The translations under genes and the position numbers were made by a program. A stretch of DNA of 64,000 nt. It comes from Blepharisma stoltei ATCC 30299. Lineage: Eukaryota > Protista > Ciliophora. The notes beneath the pieces are model-generated. The model saw only the letters and a program-made list of their open reading frames with translations. It had not been told where the DNA came from and did no database searches. Where the stretch lies: positions 310,001 to 374,000 of the forward strand of contig CBFDEM010000054.1 of the NCBI GenBank assembly GCA_965603825.1. Reading direction: 5' to 3'. This document shows, piece by piece, positions 38,066-49,814 of this stretch (position 1 is the stretch's first letter; each line of letters opens with the position of its first letter).

Positions 38066-38318
38066 CTCTGATATTAATATATCAAAGTCGGGAAATCATT
38101 TTCAAATATATATCAAAAATTTAACAAAACTTTATTGAAATGCTTTATAATTAAATTTTGTATATTTGCAAATATAAAAGCCTAAAAGTTGTGATCATAA
38201 TATGCTTTGTTTTCTTATTTGAAACTCATTCCATGTATTGTATATCAATCCAATTTATTATTTTAGATATATATTCTACAGAATATTAATTCAAGTAAAT
38301 GCTACTTTATTATTATTA

Positions 38319-39089
38319 TTATCAAGGGGTCAATGAAAATTTTTCATCTTCAAGAAGTAAATTTATTTTTATAGGATTTTCTTTCCTTTTTGATCAGCTG
38401 CTTACAGATCTTCGTTTAAGAGAATTATTATTCTTCATCTGGCATTCATACACAATTGGTGTTACAGGAGTTGATATTGGAGAAGTTAAAATTGTGCATG
38501 GGCCTATAGTACTGCACACAGGGGAAGCTATAGACAAATCCAGTTCTATCTGGTTGGTATTATTTGCTAGCAGTCTTAATTTTGCTTTTTTCTTTGATAT
38601 TTTTTCTTTGGCTTTTCTTAATTTCAAGAATTCTGATCTTTTCGGGAAGTATCTAATATTTTGCATACGAGACTCTTCTCTAAAAATTAAATGCATATCT
38701 TTAGCGTAAGATGAAATTCTTTCTTTATATTTTGAAATGTCGATTTGCTTTCTTTTGTTCAAAAATGACGTAGAAGGCCTCATTGACCCAAAGTTGCTAT
38801 TTCTTCTATTATTTGTCTGAAAGAAACTTTTAGAATCCCTAATGTCAGTCACACAAGGATATTCTTTTAACTTTGAGTCTTGAGAAAATGCTTTTCTTCT
38901 TTGATGAGAATTGAAATCGTCATCTCATCTGTTTTGGTTCTTTCGAATTACTTCTAAAAAGTTATATCTTTTCTCATGATCATTTTCCTCATTTCTCCCC
39001 AAATTATTTTCTATTTGCTTTGTTTTTCTTGAAAAAGTAGTCATTGTTTTTCTCATAACTTTAAATGGATTTGCATTTTCTTCCCCCAT
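38319..39089 (-). CDS. 256-aa basic low-complexity protein, unknown function
   Basis: ATG 39089 (MGEENANPF). Three TGA in frame; ends FSLTP-TGA followed by five tandem TAA. Confidence 0.7.
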
Positions 39090-39120
39090 AATTGCATAGA
39101 AATGTTAATTATTATCTTTA

Positions 39121-40041
39121 ATGGAGGTTGAAGTGATCAGCAGATCAGGGAAAGACCTAGGCAAATTTTCTATCACAGACAAGCTCACAGTTAAAGATTT
39201 CAAGAAAATGTTCAATCAGAAACGTAATTCATAGTCAGATAAACAATGGTCTCCAGAAAGACAAAAATTCACTATTAAAACACCAACAGGAGCAGCTCTT
39301 TATGAAGAAGAAAAAACTTTAGTTGAATATCTTAAAGGAGATAAAGTTCTTGTTTTTAGAGATCTTGGAACACAACTGAGCTGGAGATTTGTGTATATGG
39401 TAGAATATGCTGGACCATTGTTTATATGCCCTGCCCTTTATTGCTTGCCTCACCTTTTCTATGGAGAAGAAGCTGCCAAAACAATTACACAAAAAATCTG
39501 TTTCTGGCTCATCATGGGCCATTTTTTGAAGCGTGAACTAGAGTCATTATTTGTCCATCGCTTTTCTAATGCAACGATGCCACTTAAAAACTTATTTGTG
39601 AATTGCACTTATTACTGGATATTAAACGGCGCTTTTATTGGGTATTTCTTATTCCATCCTAAATATACTGATCCTAACTTTTCAGCAGCAACACTTGGAG
39701 CCTTGCTGGTAGTTTTTCTTGGATCTGAATTTATGAACTTTTTATGTCATATGGTGCTGAGAAATCTAAGACCTGCAGGAACTAAAACAAGAGGAATTCC
39801 AAAAGGATGCGGATTTGACTTAGTCAGCTGTGCTAATTACTTCTGGGAAGTAATTTCATGGGCTAGCTTCGCGGTGTTGTCAGCATGCCTTCCAGCTTAT
39901 GTTTTCTTGCTAGCGACTATTTATATTCTTTCTAATTGGGCATCTTTGAGACATAGAAAGTATAAAAAAGAGTTTGACGGAAAGGAAGGAAAATTGCTTT
40001 ATCCAAGATCAAGAAAAGCTTTATTCCCATTCATATTTTAA
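39121..40041 (+). CDS. TECR: Very-long-chain enoyl-CoA reductase (TECR/Tsc13), 301 aa, one intron
   Basis: Ubiquitin-like N-terminus, FRDLGTQLSWRFVYMVEYAGP, HFLKRELESLFVHRFSNATMP, VSCANYFWE, RHRKYKKEF, YPRSRKALFPF. Confidence 0.93.
39224..39238 (+). other. 15-nt spliceosomal intron (phase 1)
   Basis: GTAATTCATAGTCAG, A at position 10, in-frame TAG. Removal gives KHKQWSPERQ, matching the family pattern WxPxRQ. Confidence 0.9.
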
Positions 40042-40107
40042 TTAAGGATTAATTTAATTACCTAAATGGAGACTAAATAATTTTAGAAAATTATAATGCA
40101 AATTAAG

Positions 40108-41322
40108 TTACAATTCGACTCTTGATGCTTGATTCAGCAAGCTGTTTAGGGTTGTAATCGCCCTTCTGTGCCTTGTTAAAGAAGTTTGCCATTTTTTTAA
40201 TTCCACATTAATTGGATCATTGATGGATATACTTGGCTTTGGCTTAGGCATTATTAAACTTGTATCTGGTTTTGGCCGAGGGATTATTTTTTCTTTTAAT
40301 TTAGGAAGCCCTCTATATAAAGACTCGCTCGATTCAAGCTCCCTTAAATTGTTTTCTGGAAACGATCGTTTCAGACTTTTAATTTTTTCTAACTCACTCA
40401 CATAGTCATCAAACAGCCCAAGACTTAAAGAGCTTTCCTGTGAGCTATTTAAGTCTAGACGCTTAAACCCGTTTGGTCTATTAAATTGATTGTGCTTATT
40501 GAATCCATTTCTATTAAAACTTGATACAATCTTAAATGGAGAAAGTCCTCTATTGCAGCTCAATGATCTTTTCTTGAAATAAATTTTTCTGCCGGTTGAG
40601 CCTATAGAATTGGTGGAAAAACTTCGTCTTGATGCCATGGAATTTGCACTATCTCTTCTTAGATTCACACTGCTTGATGTCTCTGATTTAGAATCTTTTG
40701 TTATTTGTTCTTGGATGTTTTCTTTTTGGAGTAATTTTAAGGAAGGTAGCTTGATTTTTGAGGATTTCAGTTCTTTTTGCTGATAAATTATGTCTTCAGG
40801 GTCTTCTGGCTCTTGTATTGAAGAAACTTCAGAAAGCTCAGAAACTTCTTCGAGATCGCAGTAAGACTCATTTATTTTTGACTTGAATGTTGCTGCGGAG
40901 CTTGCTTTGCTGAGCCGTTTCATTTGGAATCTTTGATTGGATTTTCTCACAGGTGTTAGCAGTTTCAATTTGAGATCTAAGGAGACAGGATGATTATTTT
41001 TTCTCACACTGAAGAAATTGCATGATCTGACTATTCCATCTATTTCTATCATTAAATCGTCCATTTCTTTATCATTTTCGTCATAGAGGGTATCAAAATC
41101 TTTTATTTGTCTGAATAGCCTGACAAGCCTCATGTGTCTTCGATTTGCCCTTGGCTGAGTTTTCTTGAAATTTAAAGGTTTAAGTGATATTTTGCTAGAT
41201 TGCAGTCTTGTGCAATCTATGCTTGATTTACTTCGTCTGTTTTCCGGGAGAAATTTAGAAATCGGTTTTCGTAATAAGTCTGTTCCAATAGGATTTAGAA
41301 TGGAAACTTGGTGTTTTTCCAT
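40108..41322 (-). CDS. 404-aa Ser/Lys/Arg-rich, likely disordered protein
   Basis: Uninterrupted ORF from ATG 41322 to TAA. Confidence 0.75.
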   Translation of the reverse strand: MEKHQVSILNPIGTDLLRKPISKFLPENRRSKSSIDCTRLQSSKISLKPLNFKKTQPRANRRHMRLVRLFRQIKDFDTLYDENDKEMDDLMIEIDGIVRSCNFFSVRKNNHPVSLDLKLKLLTPVRKSNQRFQMKRLSKASSAATFKSKINESYCDLEEVSELSEVSSIQEPEDPEDIIYQQKELKSSKIKLPSLKLLQKENIQEQITKDSKSETSSSVNLRRDSANSMASRRSFSTNSIGSTGRKIYFKKRSLSCNRGLSPFKIVSSFNRNGFNKHNQFNRPNGFKRLDLNSSQESSLSLGLFDDYVSELEKIKSLKRSFPENNLRELESSESLYRGLPKLKEKIIPRPKPDTSLIMPKPKPSISINDPINVELKKWQTSLTRHRRAITTLNSLLNQASRVEL

Positions 41323-42027
41323 TGACAAGTTTAATATTAATTTCTATGATTTATTTATATTGCCCTAAGCAAGTTGATTTATTGGAGAATATATCCGATA
41401 TTCTATATTTGATATTGCATGTAGCATATTTTACTCATGTAATAATTTTTTTGCAAATTTGAATTATGTTTGCATATGAAATGCAAATTGCTATATAAAA
41501 ACGCATAGAGTTTATACAATCAGATAATATAATTAGCATTCTGAGAAATTCTCTTTCTTCAAAAATAAGGCTATTTAAAGCACTAACTTCTTTATAAACT
41601 TCGATCATTCCAATAATCATTGAGAGATTTTATGAACAAATGAAATTAATAAAGATATCGTATCTAATGATATCTAATAAAAGTGGTAAGATTTTTAAAA
41701 ATTAAGTTCAGCAAATCTCTTTATAAGGTAAGAGGAGTATTTGCCTGTTGGAGGTATCTCTATTTTGTATATTTAACTTTAAAATAGTTTGATCTTCAAA
41801 AATCTTTAAGTTGAGAAAATGCTACCCATAAATTAGGCCAAAAAAGAAAATTTAAAGATTTCTTTTAAAGAGATTGGATATTGACTTCAAATCAACTCTC
41901 ATTTATTTTCTAAATTCATTGGCAATATAACTAAATATGACACTCATCTAGCGCCTTCTTCAATATTCATAATGTAAAAATTCCATAAAAATTAAAATCA
42001 CGCATTTTTCCCATATCTTTATTAATT

Positions 42028-42405
42028 ATGCATAGAATATTCAAGCTAATCCAGTTATGCTGCGCAGATCACGGGCAAGCTGACGAAGATTCCTCTTCAC
42101 AGCCAAAACACATAAACCAATCATTAGATATTACAAGTAATCCGGCAGAAAAACTTGATTTACCAGTCATTGAAAAAAACGAAATGTCAGGAGATGAGAC
42201 AGCTTTAGCACCTGTAGCTCCTGAATTAATGAACGTTAAGAAAAAAAAGCATAAAAAAATATCAAAGAAAGACAATGTAAAAAAATCAAGCCACAGTAAT
42301 GGAGGCGCAACACCAATTTCAAGACCTCCTGAAGAATCAAAAGTACCATTGCCTCCTGCCGAGAAGAAGCCTTTGAAAGGAATTTTGAAAAAACCAAAAA
42401 TTTAG
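42028..42405 (+). CDS. 125-aa protein with N-terminal CC and C-terminal KGILK motif
   Basis: Clean ORF flanked by AT-rich spacers. LCC may be a palmitoylation site; GILK resembles the PP1-docking SILK/GILK motif. Confidence 0.7.
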   Translation: MHRIFKLIQLCCADHGQADEDSSSQPKHINQSLDITSNPAEKLDLPVIEKNEMSGDETALAPVAPELMNVKKKKHKKISKKDNVKKSSHSNGGATPISRPPEESKVPLPPAEKKPLKGILKKPKI

Positions 42406-42873
42406 AATGAATTATAATTTTATCTATATACTTATAAAACAATTTGAATAATTAACTTATTGATTGGAAAATTTTGAAATATACATTTTTGGCTTAGCCA
42501 CTTTTATTAGTATTTTCTTTCCAAAAACACAGCCTATTTTGAATTGTATATTTGCTATCAATTAAAATATTCTAATTTTGCTAAAAATATTTCCTTTTTA
42601 GTGTGCGAATCCACGAAATGTCTAATTTTAATAATTTAAAAATTCTTTATTTTCTTAAAACTGTCAGTTTTGTTGTAAAGCCATTTTTTTATATAGGCTT
42701 TGCCCATTTCAACTCTAATGCTGATTAAATTTTAATGGTATTTTTAATAATTAAGAACAGATTTTCCATTAGAATAGTTTCTATAGAGCAGATTAATTAT
42801 AGCTTAATGCTATATTAAAGAATAAAATATGAATAATATGATTTACATTAAAAATTATTCACGCATCAGAACA

Positions 42874-44520
42874 TTAATGATCTTTACCCATAAAAGGAAA
42901 CAAAGAACAAACTTTTAACTGGAATTGCCCAGAGCCAGCTGAGTTTCTCTTTTTGAATGCTTTGATTTCTTTTTCAACCCATTTGTGCCATTTGCAGAAA
43001 GGCACATTGAATTTTATCAGCTTTTCATATAAAATTTGAGATGTATTAGAGTAGACTGATTCTGAATAATTCAAATTCTGCTCAACTGCGCGGAGAGTCT
43101 ATATATTTTTTACCATATCAAAATATTCCTTTTGCTTGTTCTTCTGGGTTGCATAAACCTTTGCAACTTCTACTGGTTTTTCTATGATTTTTTCTGATTT
43201 ATTTTTAATCTCTTGAAAGGCAGAAATGCTAATAACTTCAGCTTTTGAAAGGCTTAGCTTTGCGTCAGTTTCTTTCTTTAATTGAGATTTACATATATTT
43301 GCGACCTCCTCTCTGTAAATTTGTGATAATATTTTTGCGTTACGGTAAATTTTATTACTTTCTTCTTCATTTCTTATTTTGTTTATTCCACTTTCTCCTA
43401 AAATTAATATTTGATTCAATATTTGTATTTCTCTATTGTAATTTTTGTGTATTGGAATACATTGAATATTTTCTTGAGAATATATATCGTGCCTAATAAT
43501 ATTCTTGGCATCTGTAATAGCTTTGTTTGCGAAACTCTTGGATTTTACTAGATCATTTTCAATAATATCTGATTCTTCTGTAGTTATTCTTGAATCATTC
43601 GAAGCATTTTCGCTGTTTCCTCTGATTTCACTATCAATAATGCTTAAAGAATTATCAAGACTAAGACCTAATTTTAAAGCTTCAGGCTTAATAGCATCCG
43701 CAGACATATCAAGCAAGCTGGTATCTTTAGAATCAAAGCTCTCAGCTTCTGATTTTCAGCTTACTTGTTTGGAGACAAGTTTTGGCATCATGCTTTTTCT
43801 TTTCTTTAAATCTTTCCCTTTTTTCTCATATTGTTCTAACTGACTTTTAACTTGATGATGATTGCTTAATAAAGTTTCATATCTTGACTCAGCAATTTGT
43901 TTCTGCACTGCATTATATTTTATTAGCTCTTCTAATTTTGCTATATTTCTTTGCATTTTTTGATTTTCATTGAGCTGATCTAAATATTTTTGCTGCAGTT
44001 CTTCATATTTCTTGTTAAAGCTCAGTTTTTCTGCTTTAAGAATAAAATCTTTTTTGTGTCTATTGATATCTTGCATGCGTCCAGCTTTATTGAGCTGACT
44101 AAATAGAAGTCCTTCAACTGGTCTTTGGTTAGATAAAGATCGCCTTCCAGAGCCAATACTGTCTCTCGAAACTTCCAAAGCGCTTGTCTTACTCTCTTCA
44201 ATCGACCTCAGCCTCTGGATTTCTTCATAATTTTCTTTGATTTTGATATCTTTTGATTCATTCTGAAGAACTAAATCATTGTATAATATTCTCAAACTTT
44301 CATAATTTTCTATGAGGGTTTGAGAGATGCTCATGGCTGTATCAATTCATTGGTTTCTTAGCCTTATTTCTTTCATAAAATCTTTTCTGAGGATTGTTTG
44401 GATATAAGAAGCTTGATCGCCTGGGAACTGTTTTGCAACTTCAGATGAGATTGTGCCGATGATTAATTTTAAATTTTGGACCTCTGTGTCAAGCTCAGGT
44501 AAATTTTCTACTTGCTCCAT
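42874..44520 (-). CDS. 543-aa coiled-coil protein, one intron
   Basis: ATG 44520. ORFs joined by two TGA=Trp and the 15-nt intron. C-terminal VPFCKWHKWVEKEI. Confidence 0.78.
43099..43113 (-). other. 15-nt spliceosomal intron (phase 0)
   Basis: GTAAAAAATATATAG, A at position 10. The acceptor TAG is the in-frame stop. Confidence 0.85.
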
Positions 44521-44668
44521 TTAATTGTATTAAACTGAGAATATCTGCTTAATTATTTTTAACTAGCAGAGGGAATATTTAAATTATATTTAACTAATAA
44601 AAATATGATAAAGCTAATTCAAATTGATTTTACATTTTTTCAATATAAATTTCTACTTTTTAAAAGAA

Positions 44669-45448
44669 TTAATATTGATTTTCATAAACATCCCCTCTTC
44701 CTTCTGGCCCAATAATTTCTTCAACTTTTTCCAATTTATATCTGCATATATTCAATGCATTTCTTGCCTTTGGAACAAACTCCTCGCACCTCTTTAAATT
44801 ATTCTGTTGAAAAACATAATCATCGTAAATATATTGTGCTCTAATAAGCAGTGAAGGATTTCCTTCTCTTTTTTGATTGCTTTTAATATCATACCATCCT
44901 ACCAAGGTATCTTGGTTTTGTAAATCTTTAAAATCAATCTCAACTTTTCCGAATTCAATAGGAGATCCTAGCTTAACATCAAGCATAACAGTAAATATAA
45001 TTTTTTGAGCTTGACTTAAAGGAAGATTTGCTTTAAACACTTCAAACCAACTTGGGATAAATTTTTTGCTGACTTTCGTCTGAAACTTAGTTTTAAGAGG
45101 CTGAATTTCAACAATCACATATACTTTTGCATCTTGGAAACATAATATATCTGGGATTATATCTTTTCCTTTCTGTATTTCGATCACAATACGTGAGCCA
45201 GAGTTTTTAGGAGGATCTGATCTTAGTTCTTTTATCTTAGCTTCTGTTTTCTTGATGTCTATTTCTAATAGTTTTACGTATTGAGTTATCTGATCCTGCT
45301 CATCTGCCGTTGTGATAGGGTTATTATTAATATCCTTAAGATAAGGCATATCAACAAGCGGTATAAAATATTTGTCGTTCTTATTATCTTTGTATTTTAT
45401 ATGCGAGTTTACTTCTTCTTCTTTTGGTCTGCTCGCACAATCTCCCAT
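44669..45448 (-). CDS. 259-aa N-acylated C2-domain protein
   Basis: MGDCASR start. C2-like strands IVIEIQKGKDI, VYVIVEI, FQTKV, PSWFEVF, FGKVEIDFKDL, GWYDI, flanked by coiled coils. Confidence 0.8.
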   Translation of the reverse strand: MGDCASRPKEEEVNSHIKYKDNKNDKYFIPLVDMPYLKDINNNPITTADEQDQITQYVKLLEIDIKKTEAKIKELRSDPPKNSGSRIVIEIQKGKDIIPDILCFQDAKVYVIVEIQPLKTKFQTKVSKKFIPSWFEVFKANLPLSQAQKIIFTVMLDVKLGSPIEFGKVEIDFKDLQNQDTLVGWYDIKSNQKREGNPSLLIRAQYIYDDYVFQQNNLKRCEEFVPKARNALNICRYKLEKVEEIIGPEGRGDVYENQY

Positions 45449-45904
45449 CTTAATTTAATTTACAATACTGATGTTTTTCCATCCTAATTTCTTGTCAAAA
45501 TAAACGATATTGAGGAGCTTGACTCTCTTATTTCTTGCATGAGCAATTAAAACACTTTCATACTTTGAGCTTAAAATATGATCAAATCTTAATGGAAAGT
45601 GGCCTTTATCCTAATCCAGAAAAACCTGGACATTATTTGCACCGGAAAACGTCTAGTGACTCGCCAGAAACAACTTCATCTCTTTCTTACAAAGCAGAGT
45701 AAACTTCTCAGCCTCATAATATTAATATCAAAATTTCAAGAAATGCTGAAAAAAGCAATCAAATTACAGCAAAAAATTCCAACACGAAAAAGGAAAGAGA
45801 AAGAAATTATTGCGTACTAAATTAATTTTTAAAACTCTTCAAAATACTATTTTCTTATTTATTCATTAAATAGTTTTATCGTGATGCATATAATTACCAA
45901 TTTT

Positions 45905-47029
45905 ATGGCAGTCAATATTTCGTTAAAGAGAAATCAAACAAACGGACAAGCTGATCTGAAAGATGTACTGTGAGAGCAAATTAATTTGATATTTAAAGAG
46001 CATGATTTTCCACAAATGAAATTAGTTCAAAGTGAAAATAAATTAATTCCAGATTATTCAAGCCTAGCAGAAACAGTTTTGTCTTTATTTAATTATGTAT
46101 CCTCAAACGAGAAAAGTTATCGAACAAAAATAGAAAAAATGAAAAATGCGCTAGAAACATCTCAAGAAGCTTTAAATAAGTTGAATGAAAAATACCAGGA
46201 ACTAAAACTTAAATTAAAGAAGAGAAATCAAAAAATCGAAGATTTAATAGAAAAGCTTACTAAGTTTAATGATCTTGATAATATTCTTAAAGCTATACAC
46301 ACAAATGCAAAGAATAAATCAAGAGAAATTTTCAAGCAAGTCATGCACCGAGAATATGATCCTGATCTAGAAGCTGATTTGCAGGTTATGTCAGTTATTT
46401 TACTTTATGAGCATTCTAAAATTAGCACAGGAAATTCATATCAGAAATCAAGCACTGAAGAAGAAGAAAAATCGAGTGAATCTTCAACCGATAACTCTAT
46501 ATTGCCGCTCATTCTCAATAAGCTCGAAGTAAAATCTCCAAGCCAAGCCCTTGAAGTAATTCAAAAAATGCAGCAAGTAATTTTGATTATCCCTAATATA
46601 GAATCATTTATCAGCTCAATCTATAAAGTCCTATTCACTCCAGAGCCAGCTGCTGATATAAGTATCAATATGGAACAGATTTTGCCTACAATTATCAGTA
46701 TGAAAATAAAACTAATTTCTTTGGAAAGATTTAGAAGATCTATATGTGAAAATTTTGAACTTGATGTGAATAATCCTGACGAAGTTGTTGTAAGGTATAA
46801 TTAGATACACAAGTCAGAAGCTTTAAATCATTTTAACAGGCTATTTAAGACAGCTGGCAATGAGTCTAGAACTGTGGAAGAAGTTTTCATATTTGTCCAT
46901 GAAATGAAAAAATTTTTGAAGGTAAGTTTTATATAGATTGCAAGAGAAATTTTAAATTTGGGCGATCAAATTGCTGTAGGTAGTGTGCTTGAGAAAATCA
47001 TAAAGGTTTTAAGTTCAAAGAGTATTTAA
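45905..47029 (+). CDS. CEP70-like centrosomal coiled-coil protein, 364 aa, two introns
   Basis: N-terminal L-W(TGA)-EQINLIFKEHDFPQMKLV. Spliced C-terminus LNHFNRLF...VEEVFIFVHEMKKFLK/IAREILNL resembles the CEP70 termini as I recall them. Confidence 0.7.
46790..46804 (+). other. 15-nt spliceosomal intron (phase 0)
   Basis: GTAAGGTATAATTAG, A at position 10, acceptor TAG in frame. Confidence 0.85.
46922..46936 (+). other. 15-nt spliceosomal intron (phase 0)
   Basis: GTAAGTTTTATATAG, A at position 10, acceptor TAG in frame. Confidence 0.85.
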
Positions 47030-47249
47030 TTAATTCTTAATTCAATTTTCTTTATGGTGAAATCAAACATGCAGTATATAGTAATAATATCAATGCGTAA
47101 TTATTTTATAAATTATAAAAATTTCATATATAATTTTCAATACCATCATATCCAGACTTAATCTAATCCAGCTCTGCTTTTCTGCTATCACTCATTCCAC
47201 TGTAAATTATTTATATCTAGTTTCCATTATTATTTAAGCTTCTCATTTT

Positions 47250-47636
47250 ATGGAAGAGTTTTTCAAAACGACTGCAGAAAAGCTTAAATCTGAAGAAAAA
47301 GCCTTCATTTCATCTATAGATCCTTATATGAAAGAGCTCTACGCAGATATTTATGATTGCTCCTCAAAATGCTATCTCTTGCCGACATCACTACCAACTT
47401 CTAAGATTTGTGCTAAAAATTGCGCTGTTCCTGGAGTCAGAATAAAGCAGGAGATCAAGTTGCAGATGGAGAAATGCCAACGAGGACTTCAAGATTGCGT
47501 TAAATCATGCATTGAAAGCAACCCAGAAAGCGAAGAAGCAGGGAAAGGCTGCATTGATGAGTGCTCAGAAAAAAGCGTTCAGATGATGCAAAACATGACT
47601 ATCAAAGTGACAAAATTGTTCAATAATCACAAATAA
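47250..47636 (+). CDS. FAM136A/DUF842-like twin CX3C protein, 128 aa
   Basis: Four CxxxC pairs (CSSKC, CAKNC, CVKSC, CIDEC) in a helical protein. Confidence 0.75.
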   Translation: MEEFFKTTAEKLKSEEKAFISSIDPYMKELYADIYDCSSKCYLLPTSLPTSKICAKNCAVPGVRIKQEIKLQMEKCQRGLQDCVKSCIESNPESEEAGKGCIDECSEKSVQMMQNMTIKVTKLFNNHK

Positions 47637-47680
47637 TTTAAGATCAGTTTATGCAATTAATTAATTGCCAATAAAAAGGA

Positions 47681-47992
47681 ATGGTGAGGCTACAGATTAA
47701 AGAGGCTTTTCTAGAGATATTTAGCACAGAGAATTTTAGGTGTTTTTCCTGCTGTAACACATCACATATCTCTCAAGAACTTACAAATGAATTTGTGTAT
47801 AATGAGTCCCCATCAAAGCTGGAGACTAATGGAAGATTGCGGTCTTTAAGCTTGGTGCAAAGCACAGAAGATTGAAGATCCACAATTGCTGATATAAGAA
47901 GATCGACAGTGGTAGAAATGACAGGATTGGAACCGATTTACGAAGATGGCTTTCAGAATCAGAAGAATGAACGGCAAGTGCACTCTGAATAG
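47681..47992 (+). CDS. 103-aa hypothetical protein (N-terminal CFSCC)
   Basis: ORF continues through TGA 47873 to TAG 47990-47992. Confidence 0.6.
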
Positions 47993-48157
47993 AGTACTTT
48001 AATTAATTTTGTGGTAAAATAATAACGAAATTGTGGCGATTTAATTCTAAATTAAAATTAGCTTTAATAAATTCTAGTATAAATTGCTCTTGAGAGCAGC
48101 TAAAGGCTTGTGAATGAAAATAATTTATAAATTCAGCATAACTGTTAAAAAAATAAG

Positions 48158-49801
48158 ATGGAATCTCACTGCACCTCTTCTGGATGCCCACGTGCACCTG
48201 AATACGTATGCAAATGCCAAGATCCTCCAAGTTACCTTTGCGAGTCTCATCTTTCTTGGCATATTGGCTCAAAGAGAAAATCAGAACATCGGGCAATGAG
48301 GCTGGAAAATTTAAAGCCGACTGATTGCAAAGACTGCAATATCTGCATGAAAAAAGCTGGACAGTGGCTTTGTCTCTGCAGATTTCCTGGGGTAAAATTA
48401 TGCAGTAAATGCTATGATTTGCATATAGTCCAGTCTTCAGGAAAGCATACAAGAGAACCTATTGACGCTTTAGATTTCATCCATGAAGAAAGCGATATAC
48501 CTAAATACATGGAAAGAAAAGAGATGGTAGATTCAATACTCAAAATCATTCATGAGAACAATAAGGAAGCTGAAGAAAAGCAAAATATTTTGAAAATTGC
48601 AGCTAGCAAAATGATGGAAAAATTAAAAAAATTCGTTGATGATAAGAATATGAGAATTGATTACTTAAAAAAACAGCTCAAAAAATTGGAAGAAGATGTG
48701 AGAGCCTGCAAATTTAAAAAAAATTTAGAAAACAATTGACTAGAACCCTTTTTTAAAGACAGAGACTGGCAAAAGATATTCCATGCAGTAAGAATCGAAA
48801 TCCAAGATGATACATTCGACGCCTATATATCAGGTGTATGCAAAATCGAAACAGAAGCAAACTTATTAAAAAATATAGAGACTCCAAGAGAAGAGAGGGA
48901 TCAGGAAGAAAGCAAAGACACATCAGGGATGTTCCAAAAAATCCAGAGCTGTTATAGTGATAATGGCCGTCATATGCATATGAAGTTAAAATCATTATTT
49001 GAGTCTGCACTTCAGCCTTCTCGAATTGAAAAAATCCTTTCAATTGAGCTCTCTAATTGTATGCTTGAAAACAATGGATCCAGATGTCTTGCTCAACTCC
49101 TGCCAGCTCTTCCACAGCTGAAATCGCTAAATTTGAATAGTAACAATATAGGCCCGTATGGAGTTAAAGAACTTTGTCCAAGTTTTGTATACCTGAAAAG
49201 CTTGGAAACACTTATGTTATCATGAAATAAAATTGAAGTCAGAGGGATGGAAGCTTTAAGTGAAGTTCTACCTGAGATGTCGAGTGTTCGTAATCTTCAT
49301 TTATCATGGAATTCTCTTGATTTTCAAGGTGCTAAATTTTTATCGACAGCTCTCCCAAATCTTGAGCGCTTAGAAAGGCTTGATTTATGAAATAATCAGT
49401 TAGGTGAAGAAGGAGTTAGATTTCTTGTCCTTTCACTTCCTTTCTTGAAGACCCTCAAAGTGCTTGATCTCAATAAAAATGATATTGGCCCTCAAGGTGC
49501 TGACTTGCTTGCTTTAGTTTTACCCAAATTGCCTGAGCTTCATACACTGTCGTTAGCAGGAAATAATATAGGTCCTGAGGGAATTACAAATTTATCAAGA
49601 GCGATAACTCAAGCAAAGAAATTGCAGGTTATAGATTTAGCAAGGAATGGTTTGACTGGAAGAGGAGCGATGACATTGATGCCAGCTTTTCAGGGATTGA
49701 GTAGAGCTACAACAGTAATTATAAAGGACAATCAGTTAAGTGTTGAGGATAGAAGAAGTCTGACTAGAGAAGCCTCTGTAAATGGAATTAATCTATCTTA
49801 A
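48158..49801 (+). CDS. 547-aa protein: two B-box-like Cys/His zinc motifs, a coiled coil, and RNI-type LRRs
   Basis: Single frame via 3 TGA=Trp. CTSSGC...CKC...LCESH...H; CNIC...CLC...LCSKCYDLH; about nine 28-aa LRRs. Confidence 0.85.
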
Positions 49802-49814
49802 ATAAAGTATTATA

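Noticed and set aside
41469-41487. Inverted repeat TTTGCAT-ATGAA-ATGCAAA in a long spacer
   Set aside because: A 7-bp AT-rich stem is expected by chance; no supporting ncRNA features.
41435-41620. 61-aa ORF in an AT-rich spacer (likewise 35080-35271 and 19603-19797)
   Set aside because: Spacer-like composition, no motifs, length compatible with chance.
47910-47940. tRNA-like 3' end on the minus strand (GGTTCCAATCCTGTCATTTCTACCA)
   Set aside because: The T-stem does not pair, no D or anticodon arm is evident, and it lies inside a plausible CDS.
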